Below are positions 33,563-44,500 of a stretch of 52,363 bases of DNA, one piece after another. Every line of letters begins with the position of its first letter. Within the stretch, counting starts at the first letter, position 1. The stretch is from Chrysochromulina tobinii (taxonomy: Eukaryota): positions 1 to 52,363 of the forward strand of contig JWZX01002639.1 of assembly GCA_001275005.1 (NCBI GenBank). The letters are read 5' to 3'. The notes beneath the pieces were generated by a model. It saw only the letters and a program-made list of their open reading frames with translations. It was not told the DNA's origin and did not search any database. The position numbers were made by a program, and so were the translations under genes.

Positions 33563-35485
33563 ATGAAGCGACCCATCCACGCGACGACTGCCGCCCCGCC
33601 CACGGGCCTTGGAAAACGGCTAGCCGGTAACTCGAGCAACGCTAATGAGGTCGTGTGGATGCCTGAATCGACGCCGTGGGACGACGATGCCGCGATCCCT
33701 CTGCCGCCACCGGCGGCCGTGGCCATCGTCCTGGAGCTGGCACGGACGAGAGGGCTCGAGCGCCTGCGCAGCCGCTTCAGACGCCTCTGTGCTGCCGCAT
33801 CGCTGCAAGCTCCGCCGCTACACGCCGTTGAACGCTGGCTCTTGCTGAGCAAGTGGGAGGAGACGATCGCTCGCCCCTCTACAAAACCAGCCGCAGACCC
33901 CTTATTTCCTTGCGAAGCGCCAGGCGACGTTGCGACGGCGAAGGAGAAGAAGAAGAAGAAGAAGGAGAAGAAAAAGAATGGGACGCGCGAGCTAGCGTCA
34001 TCATCATCCGAGCCTCCGGGTGAGGAGCGCGCGCCGGTCAGTGGGACGGCGGACGCGGCGCTCGCAGACGACCTTGAGCGTGCGGGTCTGCCTCTCGGGG
34101 CTGCGACTCGTCTGGTGGCGGCGCTCCGGCGTCACTCGGTCGCGCTCGCCGAAGGCCTTTGCCGCCTCGCTGGATGCCTGGACCGACTGCCTGCAGCCCA
34201 GACGGAGCGCCCCCCCCCCATCCACTCTGCGCCGGCCGATGATGCCGGCACAACGCTCAAGCTCTCCCTACGTCCCGCGGAGATGGAGGTTGGCTGGCAG
34301 CACATTACCTTCTCCAAAGATGGCATGTCCAAACGGCGAGTGCTGGAAGCGGCGGCGGCCGCGGTCGATGAGGCGGAGGCCGTGGCGGAGGCTGGAGCGC
34401 AGGGCGAGGACGAGGCCGAGGATGCCCGCGCCGAGATGAGCGCCGAGCTGAGCGCCGAGGTGAGCGTGCTGGTGACGAGCGCCGTCGTGGACAAATTGCG
34501 AGTGCTGTACGCGCGTCATCTCCATCGACGTTCGGACGCCACAAGCGGTGCATCCAGCAGCAGCACAGCCGATGGGCCCGCCGCCGTGGTGGACGCGCGC
34601 CTCACCGCCGCCACCTTCGACGCTCGCCTCTTTTGCTGCTTGCTGCGTTACCAGTCGATCGGTGGCGCGGGGTTCCAAGCTGGACTCGGTGGGGTTGTGT
34701 TTCGGGAGCTGCAGGCGTCGCTGGGCTGCTGCTTCGAGGGGTTCGCCTCTCCCCTCAACACCTACTACGGTGCCCATTGCTCAGCCTATGCAGACGTCGA
34801 TGCCCCTTTCGGTTCGAGGGGCTCCTTCGCCGCCTTCGAGCCTTCGTGCGGTAGCTTGCAGCTCAACCCGCCGTTCGTGCCCGCGATCATCGACGCGATG
34901 GCCGAGCGCGTCATTGCTCTCCTCAGTGCCGCCCAGCGCGCCGGCGCGCCGCTCGCATTTACAATCGTGCTTCCAGGCTGGACGGACTGCGTGGGCTATC
35001 AACGCCTCGGCGGCGACGCTGACGCTGCTGACGCTGCTGACGCTGCTGACGCTGTCGCCGCTGCTGCTGTCGATGCCGCCGTCGCCGATGCTGCCGCGGG
35101 TGCGGACGTCAATGTTCACGCCAACGTTCGCCACCCGTTCCTGCGCGCGTCGTTGCTGCTTGCGGCCGCGGATCACGGGTTCGTCGACGGCGCCGCGCAT
35201 CGCCGACCGCGCACGCACCGCGAGTCGCCCTACGACACGCGCCTCTTTGTGCTTCAGACGGACGCGGCGGCTGCCGAGTGGCCCGCCACGGCGCCTGTCA
35301 TGGCGCGGATCCGCCTTGCCTTTGCGGCGTGCACGCCCTCGGACGAGGAGTTGCGCCACGTGGCGCCGAGCGAGCGCGTGCATCGCGGCGGCGGCGCGCG
35401 TAAGCAGAGGCGTCGCAAGATGAAGAGAGCGGGCCAGAAGACCAAGGAGTGGTCGAAGGAGTGGCGCATGAAGCATGGAGTGTGA
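33563..35485 (+). CDS. PCIF1: PCIF1/CAPAM-like cap-adjacent m6Am methyltransferase
   Basis: CCLLRYQ, GFQAG, FEGFASPLN, DVDAPFGSRGSF, catalytic QLNPPF, FTIVLPGW, HGFVDGAAH and LFVLQT. Confidence 0.85.
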   Translation: MKRPIHATTAAPPTGLGKRLAGNSSNANEVVWMPESTPWDDDAAIPLPPPAAVAIVLELARTRGLERLRSRFRRLCAAASLQAPPLHAVERWLLLSKWEETIARPSTKPAADPLFPCEAPGDVATAKEKKKKKKEKKKNGTRELASSSSEPPGEERAPVSGTADAALADDLERAGLPLGAATRLVAALRRHSVALAEGLCRLAGCLDRLPAAQTERPPPIHSAPADDAGTTLKLSLRPAEMEVGWQHITFSKDGMSKRRVLEAAAAAVDEAEAVAEAGAQGEDEAEDARAEMSAELSAEVSVLVTSAVVDKLRVLYARHLHRRSDATSGASSSSTADGPAAVVDARLTAATFDARLFCCLLRYQSIGGAGFQAGLGGVVFRELQASLGCCFEGFASPLNTYYGAHCSAYADVDAPFGSRGSFAAFEPSCGSLQLNPPFVPAIIDAMAERVIALLSAAQRAGAPLAFTIVLPGWTDCVGYQRLGGDADAADAADAADAVAAAAVDAAVADAAAGADVNVHANVRHPFLRASLLLAAADHGFVDGAAHRRPRTHRESPYDTRLFVLQTDAAAAEWPATAPVMARIRLAFAACTPSDEELRHVAPSERVHRGGGARKQRRRKMKRAGQKTKEWSKEWRMKHGV

Positions 35486-36310
35486 AGAGAGCTCACTGCA
35501 CTGACCTCTACCGGTCCGCGACTCTGAGAGGTCGACGTACTACCCCGCGTGGGTCGGTAGACTATCGGTAGACCGGCGCCCAAGACGCGGCCCGGGGTCA
35601 GTCCGTATAATTTATGACGCTAGTGTGCGGGACGGTCCGCAGCCTCGAATCTCATATACATCTCTGGAGGTCGCGAGCGAGCCGCTGCGCGCGCGACCCC
35701 GCGCGGCCGGGCCGGAGCGCCGTGTATGATACTATCGGAGCGCGCGCGCGCGGCGTGTTTTCGTTGTCGGAGAAACACATAGAAGTTGGAACGAGATACC
35801 GCCGTCACATATGCACTCAAGCACACGCGCCTCAGATCCAGAACACACCCCGCCTCAAGAGAAGGAGGGTGAGGTGGCCTCACACACAGCGCGCCGCCCA
35901 CAATACACGTCGCGGTTGCGTCGGCTCCATCGACAGGGCTCCGCCGCAGCGCCCTTCTGCGCGCGCGCCTTTCCCCGCCGCACGGTCCACACGCCGCGCT
36001 CGCTCGAACCCTCGCAGCGTCACAAGTCACGCCCTCTCTTTGGCCCTACGGCCGTTCGGACACTCACCCTCCGCTGGGACGCTGGATGTCCGAATCGCTC
36101 ATATCGCACACGCACCGTCGTCCTCCCATCTGTGCCCACTCCTGCGCCCTCTAGCCCATGCTTGCGTGCCTGCCATGATCGCGTGTGCGGCGCGCCTACC
36201 GTTGACGCGGACCGCTCCCCGTTTGCCCCGTTGTGCCTCGCCCTTGCCCGGGGACAGGAAACCCACGCCAGCACAGGCGCATCCCCAGAGCACCGGCCGC
36301 ACAGGTGCTC

Positions 36311-39300
36311 TTAGTAGCCGCCGTAGCCGCCGCCGCCATAGCCGGGGGCCATGCCCCCCCCCATACCCGCGCCCGGCATCGGCGCGCCGTACATCACCAT
36401 GGCGTTCGGGTCAGCGTAGCCGCCGCCCATGGACGGATCGCTGTAGCCGGACGCGAGCGCCTCCTGCGCCGCCTTCTTGGCATCGGCCTCCGCCTTCTCC
36501 TTGTCTTCCTGGATCTTCACGAGCTTGTCGAGCTTGAGCTGCATCTCACGCATCGTCTGGATCATGAAGGGCATCGCAAAGTCCTGCAGATTGTTGCGCC
36601 ACGCGAGCTCAAGCACCACGTCCGAGCGGAGCAGCGGGTAGCACGTGAACAATGTGGCCGCGAAGCAAGCGTTGAGCTTCTCAGCCACGAAAAAGTTGAG
36701 CAGGTCCTCCGCAGTCGCGGAGTCGGACGATTCGGCGGCCGTTGAGATCGCCTCGTCCCAGACCTTGTCCTGCTTCGACAGCGCAATGGACTTCTGCCAC
36801 TTTTGCGCGCGTTTGTAGAGCATGGCGCCGATGCGCCTGAACTGCAGCAGACCGTGCTTCTCGCACAGGTTGGCCATCTCGATCGCGTCGAAGTTGGTGA
36901 ACTGGACGACCGCCTCAGCGAGGGCCTCGTGGTCCTCTTCCTGAACGTAGAGCTCATAGAGGACGTCGTTGACCTCCTTGACGTTGGCCGTCTGCGTGCT
37001 GAGCAGGTACGGCTTGGCCAGCGCGATGTGGCCCGCCTTTTTCAGCAGCGAGATGACGCGCACGTGGTCGACATGGCTGGCGAGGACGCCCAGCAGGTCG
37101 TTGAGCATCAGCGGCTGCTGCTTCAAGTAGAAGTCGATCGACTTGTAGTAGATCTCGGTGTTGGTCACCTTGGCGATCGTGTCCTTGAACTTGACGTGCT
37201 CGAAGGCCTCGACGGGGTGTGCGATCATCGAGAGCACGGCGTTGTCGAACTCGTCGTAGTGCACGTAGAGGAAGGTAAGGCACTCCCACTGCGCAGCCTC
37301 CTCGCACGCCTTGATCATCTTGCGCACGTTCAGCCTTGACCAGAAGAGCTTGATGTGCTCCATGAGCTTGTTCTCCTTGTACTTGCAGTAGAGGATGCCG
37401 AGCTCGGTGAAAATGCCCATGTGCGCGCGCTCGAGCCCGAGGCCGGCTTCCATGACGGCGATGACCTCGTCAAAGTAGCCGTGCCTCTCGTACGTGCTCA
37501 CGAGCTCCTCCAGCTCGTCGGGGTTGACGATGATGTGCAGCGCGCAGATCTGGGCCAGCCGGAACTCTTTCTCGGCGATGCAGCTCGCGGCGACCTCCTT
37601 CCAGGTGCGCGTCGAGTTGGCCTTGCGAGCGGCATCGACGGCTGGCTGGTGCTGGCCCATGTACGTGAGGCACGTCGCGAGGCGCGCAAAGTTGGGGATT
37701 GAGCTGAAGAGGATCTTGGCGGCCTCATACATCTGCTCCGAGAAGCAGCGCTCGGCAATGTCCTGGATGCGGGCCACGTTGGGCGCCGAGATGAACTCCT
37801 CCATCTGCGCGAACTGCTCGCCCTTGGCGTAGGCGAAGATGAGGGACGTGTCCAGGTGGCTCTCCTTGACCTTCTTGCGGCACATGACGAGGAAGGTGGT
37901 GAGCTCGACCCAGCAGCCGAGCGCCTCGGCGGCCGAGATCACCTCCGTGTAGGAGGAGGCGTCGTTGGCCTTGATGAAGGACTTCATCGACTCCTGGACC
38001 ATGCCGTGCGTCAGCTGGGCCTTGCCGAGCATGATCCACACCTCCTCCTGGTCCACGCGCGCGGCGAACTCGGTCGCCCGCTCCATGTTTGCGATGTAGT
38101 CAATGAGCACCTTGGCCGCCTCGCGCTGCATGTTGGCCTTCTTGAAGATGACGAGCGCCTCCTCGTACAGCTCGGAGCCCACGGCGATGTTGGCAATGTC
38201 CGGCATGTCGTAGTTGCTGAGGCGGTTGATGTAGTCCATCACCTTGGTCTTGTCTGCCTTGATAGCGGTCAGGATGAGCAGGTTCTGCAAGTTGCGGTTG
38301 TCCGAGAACTCGGACTGCTGCAGCACGATCTTCTCAAGCAGCTCGATGAGCTCGTTGGGCAGGTCGGCCGTCATGAAGGCCTTGACCGTGGTCGAGACGA
38401 CGTCGGGATTCTTGGTCTCGGGCAGCGCGGAGCCCACGACGGCGTCGATGAGCGGCCGCTTGTGCTCGTTGTCCTCGGTCAGCACGGTTGCCCACAGGTC
38501 GAGGTCCTGGCGCTCCACGAGGTAGCGAGCCTCCTGCTTGAAGAGGCCGTGGCGGTTGCACACGTCGATGAGCTCCTTGTCGCACATGCCACGCTTGTAC
38601 GCGATGAAGGCGAGGTGGGGGTCGCGCTTCTCGCAGTACTCGCCCACGACTCGCGAGTCGTAGTACATGTTCTGGACGAGGTTCTCCTCGGGCCGATTGT
38701 TCATGTCGATGTAGATCTTCATGAGGGCGTTGTGCACGGCCGGCTCCTGCACGCCCTCGTTTTGGCGCTGCTCGAGCCACGGCTGGATGATCTTGAGGCG
38801 GTTGCGCTTCTCGCACTCCTCGACGAGCTGCTCGGCCGGCGCCATCGCGCGCACCGAGAGGATGAGCGCGCGCACGAAGTCCTCCGAGCAGTCATCGTCG
38901 AGCAGCTGGCCAGCGACCTGCGGGCACTTCATCGGGTTCACCTTCTGCACGTAGAGCTCAATGTACTTGGACATGTTGTTCGTGTACAGGAAGTGCGTCA
39001 GGTCGGCGACCATGTCGAAGCGATCGCACACGTTGATGAGGGGGCGCTGGTCGGGCAGGCGCGCCTCCTTGAGGAAGGCCGCCACTTCCTTGGGGTCGAA
39101 GAAGGTGTCCTCGCGCGTGACGCGCTCGACCTCCTGCAGGTTGTTGATCTTGGCGGCTGCCTGGATGTACTTGAAGTGAACCTCCTTGTCCTCGGACTTG
39201 AGCAGGATCGCGCCCAAGTAGTAAAAGAGGCCCTCCCACGAGTTGTACGTCTCGAACATCTTAATGAGGTTCGCCGGGGTGAGCTGCTCCGAGTACTCGC

Positions 39301-41520
39301 GCGCCACCTGCACCACGATCTGTAGGTTCTGGCGCATGTTTGTGCGGAGCATGTGGTTGAGGCACTCGATCGAGTTGTCGACGGACTGCGTGCCGAAGAA
39401 CTTGACGATGAAGTCAGGCTGCATCAGCTCGGTGCGCATGAGCGCACGCTTGATGTCATCGATGTTCTCGTAGTGCTGCAGGGCGCGCGCGGGCAGGCCC
39501 GCCTTCTCGCACAGCATGCCGATGCGAGCCTTGTCGTAGTGCGTGAACATCTCGTTGGCCATGATGGCGTCGGCCACCTGCGGCATCGCCATCAGGTTCA
39601 TCTCAAGCAGGCGCGTCTGGAGCGCCCCCTCCTCGGGCTTGTTGCCCTTGAGCACGTCGAGCAGGAACGAGGTGGCCTGCTGCAGGCAGTTGTGCGACAT
39701 GAAGACGTCGGTGACCACAGCATAGTCGAGCGTGATGCCACCGGCAGCGGCCTTCTGCGCAAACTCGAGCGCGCTGCCCGGATTCAAGCGCACCATGTGC
39801 GTGAGCAGGATGCCCCAGTCGGGCGTGTAGTTCACCTTCTGGCAGTAGACCAAGATCTTGTCGAACTGGCCCTTCGACATGAACATCTGGATGACCTTGG
39901 GCGAGCACTGGCCGCGCAGGTAGACGGAGAGGGCGAGGTTTTGGTCGACCATCGAGACGGCGTCGCCGAGCTGCTCAGTGCACTCAAGCTTGTCCTCGCT
40001 GATCCACTTCTGGAGCAGCTGCTGCTTGCCCTGCTGGATGACGGGCTTAGCTGAGCTCGAGCGACTCCATCGCGTTGAGCTTGCCCTTCTCGAGCAGCAT
40101 ACCGAAGTAGGTGAGGATGGGTGGCGAGCCACCTGGCGGCGGGGGCGCGGCCTGGAAGCGCGCGATCGTGTCGGACGTGCGCAGAATCTGCTTCGGCGAG
40201 TCGGCCGCCAGCTTGGCTGCATCCTTGTAGTTGCCCTGCTGCATCAGAGCGGCGAACTGCTGGATGAAGAGCTGCTCAACCCCCGGCAAGTTGCAGCGCG
40301 AGGCGATGCGGAGCGCGAGCTGGAAGTCGGAGAGCTGCTCACAGATGTAGGGCACAAGGTTGGCCTCATCGACGGTCACGCAGAGCACCTGACCCTTGCG
40401 GTTCACGCCCATGATGCCGCCGGTCGCGTCGTGCGGGGTCGTCACGAAGATCGTCTCGCTCGAGATGCGGTTCATGTAGATGAGCTTGCACGCCTCGACG
40501 TCGTACAGGTGCAGGTAGCCGAACTTGGTGACCATGTACACGACGTTGTACTTGTTCGAGATCTGCATCGACGCCGGGAAGTCCTGCGCCGCCTCCGGCG
40601 GGAAGTAGATGTCGCAATTCTTCTTGCCGAAGGGCGGTGTGCCCTCGGGACGGGCGCCAGGGCTCACCTCGATGACGTGCAGCTTGGCGCCTGTAGCCGT
40701 CTTGGCGGCGAAAACGAATAAGGTGGAGGGCGTGGTGGCGCCCTCGACGGTGAACTGTGCGAAGGTGGCCGCGTGGCCCTCGATGGGCTGCGACACGTTC
40801 TTCTCCTTCGAGAACAGCTGCATGGCGCCGATGATGCGGTTGGTGCCCGGCTCGACCTTGATGCCAATGAGAACCATCCACTTCTCGTCTGGCGACGTAT
40901 TGTAGTTGGTGATCAGGGTGTCGCCGAGCGTCGGGTGGCGGTCGAAGACTTTGGCTGGCTCCGACTGCCCCTCCATCGACCAGTGGAAGACGGCCCCGCC
41001 CGTGACCATCGCCACATTGGATGGCGAGGTCCAGCGCCAGAAGATGGTCGGTTCGGTGAGCTGGTGCGACTTCATTTTGCTCTTCATCTCCATGTTGAAG
41101 ATCTGATGGTAGTTGCCCGCTTTGAGCGCGATGATCTTGGAGACGGGATTCATGATCGCCGACTCAGTTGTGATCGGCCCCCGCTGCACATCCGTCGGGT
41201 TGGTCATGTCGATGATGGCGACCTGCACCGGCACCGTGTCATTCACCCACGGCACCTCGCGGATGCAGATGAACTTCTCGGACTCCATCGTCAGCGTGGC
41301 GAAGCTGATGAATTGCGGTTGGATGCCCAGATTGGTGAGCTGGACCAGCTGCGGGCCATGAGGCGTGGGGAAGGGGATAAGCACTAAGCGTTATGAGGAA
41401 CAGGGAGGCAGCAGATGAGCGACGTGAGCACGTTGAAGCGCGCTTCCGGGTGTGCTTGCCGCAGTGCCACGGCGAGCGGCGACACACCTCTTGAAATTTG
41501 ATGGGGAGGCCAGCCCCGCG
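36311..41520 (-). CDS. CHC: Clathrin heavy chain: first exon fragment ~41488-41520, intron 41349-41487, +1 frameshift at ~40052, no own ATG
   Basis: LPIKFQE|LVQLTNLGI...TLTMESEKFICIRE, IEGHAA, TKFGYLHLYD, then after the frameshift KWISEDKLEC, LERAHMGIFTELG, LELAWRNN, FAMPFMIQ. An extra A in GAG CTC A GCT AAG CCC creates a TAA. Confidence 0.95.
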
Positions 41521-44500
41521 TGACGTTCCAACGTGCGCTGGGACTGGCTGCGACTGTCCAGGCGCTCTTGAAGTGCTTGCTACTGTGGGCGATCTTGGGG
41601 AGCCTGCCGCTGCCGTCGCCACATCCAGCTTGCCAAGAGTCGAAACCGCTGCCGCACGCCTTTTGAGATTGCGCACGAAGCCCGTTCGCACATTCTGCTG
41701 CGTGCATTGGCTCAGGTCCACACGGTACGCCTGTCCGCGGATTTCGATTCGGAAGCGCAGGACACCCCCCGCCTCATGGTTTCGGAACGTCTCCTCCGAG
41801 GCGGTGTCGAAGAGCTGCCACGCCCCGCTGCCAACAGCACCATCCTCCCACATCCACACGTGCGCTGGGACTGGTTGCGACTGTCCAGGTGCTCTCAAAG
41901 TGCTAGTTACTGTGGGCGATCTTGGCGAACCCATCGGCGGATCCACGGCCCAGCCCATCGGCGGCTGATCCACGGGCCAACCCATTGGCGGCTGGTCCAC
42001 GGGCCAGGAGCCCATTGGTGGCTGATCCACGGGCCAGCCCATTGGCGGCTGGTCCACGGGCCAGGAGCCCATTGGTGGCTGATCCACGGGCCAGCCCATT
42101 GGCGGCTGATCCATGGGCCAGGAGCCCATTGGTGGCTGATCCACGGGCCAACCCATTGGGACCGGAGGAGGCGCCGCGGAGGTGGAGATGTCATAACCTG
42201 CAGCTGCCGGCATGCTGACCACTGCCAGCGTGCTTACCGCTGCCGGCGTGCTTACCACGTCAGGAGATGGAGGGGCGGGCTGAGTAGGCGTTGGCGTCAC
42301 ATTGCCGAAGAGCGGGTCAGTCCAATCAGACCGGTCAGACCAGGCAACCGAGCCAGTCCCGTTGGAAGGCTGAGGAGGTGTTGGCGTCAAGTTGCCGCAC
42401 TGAGCTTGTAGCATCTCCGCCTTCTTGGCATCCTCGCCGTCCGTCAGATGCCACAACGATTTGGCTGCAGTCGCCTTGCCTTTAGCGTCACCGTCGCGAA
42501 CGAGCGTCACGAGCGCATCAATGCCTCCCGCGGCCCAGATTGCGGCCTTGTTGGCAACGTCGTCTGCCGCCAGACTACACAACGCGCCGGCTGCGTTCGC
42601 CTTGCCACTAGTGTCGCCATTGCGCACGAGCATCACGAGCGCCTCGATGCCGCCCGCGGCCCGGATCGCCGCCTTGTTGCTATCGTCATCTGCCGCCAGA
42701 ATCCGCAACGCGGCGGCTGCATTCACCTTGCCTACAGCGTCGCCGTCGCGCACGAGCGTCACTAGCGCCTCCAAGCCGCCCGCCGCTTGGATCGCCGCCG
42801 TGATGCGATTGTCGACGTACGCCAGAGTCCGCAACGCAGCGGCTGCGTTCGCCTTGCCATCAGCGTCGCCGTCGCGCACGAGCGTCACGAGCGCATCAAC
42901 GCCGCCCGCGACCCGGATCGCCGCCGTGATCCAATCGTCTCCTGCCGCAAGATCCCACAACGCACCGGCTGCGTTCGCCTTGCCTGCAGCGTCGCCGTCG
43001 CGTACGAGTGTCACGAGCGCCTCGATGCCGCCCGCGGCCCGGATCGCCGCCTTGGTGGCATCGTCAGCTGCCGCCAGAATCCGCAACGCGGCGGCTGCAT
43101 TCACCTTGCCTGCAGCGTCGCCGTCGCGCACGAGCATCACGAGCGCATCGATGCCGCCCGCGGCCCGCATTGAGGCCTTATTGGCATCGTCCGCTGCCGC
43201 CAGAATCCACAACGCGCCGGCTGCATTCATCTTGCCATCAGCGTCGCCGACGCGCACGAGCGTCACGAGAGCCTCGATGCCGCCCACCGCTCTGATCGCC
43301 GCCGTGATGCCATCGCCTCCTGACGCCAGACCCCACAACGCGCCGGCTGCGTTCACCTTGCCATCAACGTCGCCGTTGCGCACGAGCGCCACGAGCGCAT
43401 CGATGCCGCCCGCGTCCCGGATCGCCGCCGTGATGCCATCGTCTCCTGCCGCAAGATCCCACAACGCACCGGCTGCGTTCGCCTTGCCATCAGCGTCGCC
43501 ATTGCGCACGAGAACCACGAGCGCCTCGATACCGCCCGCCGCTCGGATCGCCGCCTTGTTGGCATCATCAGCTGCCGCCATAATTCGCAATGCGCCGGCT
43601 GCGTTCGCCTTGCCTGCAGCGTCGCCGTCGCGCACGAGCGTCACGAGCGCATCGATACCGCCCGCTGCCCGGATCGCCGCCTTGTTGGCATCATCAGCTG
43701 CCGCCAGATTCTGCAACGCTACGGCTGCGTTCGCCTTGCCTGCAGCGTCGCCGTCGCGCACGAGCGCCACGAGCGCCTCGATACCGCCCGCCGCTCGGAT
43801 CGCCGCCGTGATGCCACCTTCACCTGCCGACAGACCCCACAACGCGCCGGCTGCGTTCGCCTTGCCTGCAGCGTCGCCGTCGCGTACGAGCGTCACGAGC
43901 GCCTCGATGCCGCCCGCCGCCCGTATGGCCGCCTTGTTGGCATCATCAGCTGCCGCCAGATTCTGCAACGCGGCGGCTGCGTACGCCTTGCTTGCAGCGT
44001 CGCCGTCGCGTACGAGCGTCACGACCGCCAACGCGAGCGTCGCCGTATCCAGCTTGCCAAGAGTCGAGACCGCCACCCGACGCACATTTTCATCGGAGTC
44101 CGCGAGCCTTGCGACGAGCGCGGGCGCATGCTGATCGAGCGTCGCCGCATCCAGCTGGCCAAGAGTCGAGACCGCCTTCCAACGCACATCTGAATCGGAG
44201 TCCTCGAGCCTTGCGACGAGCGCGGGCGCGTGCTGAGCGAGCGTCGCCGTATCCAGCTGGCCAAGAGTCGAGACCGCCGCCGCACGCACACTCCAATCGG
44301 AGTCTTGGAGCCGTGCGACAAGCGCGGGCGCGTGCTGAGCGAGCGTCGCCGCATCCAGTTGGCCAAGGGTCGACACAGCCGCCCAACGCACATCTGAATC
44401 GGAGTGGCTGAGCCTTGCGATGATTATCGCAGGCGCGTGCTGAGCAATCGCCACCGCATCCAGCTTGCAAAGAGTCGAGACCGCCACCCGACGCACATTT

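Noticed and set aside
35614..36537. 307-aa ORF between PCIF1 and clathrin
   Set aside because: Arg/Ala/Pro-rich translation of GC-rich UTR and intergenic sequence.
36803..41387. Plus-strand ORFs opposite clathrin (e.g. 37856-39325)
   Set aside because: Antisense open frames caused by strong GC3 codon bias.
41239..41487. C-terminal tail of the 1661-aa ORF after LPIKFQE
   Set aside because: It is read-through of the clathrin intron and off-frame exon; the GT donor at 41487 explains it.
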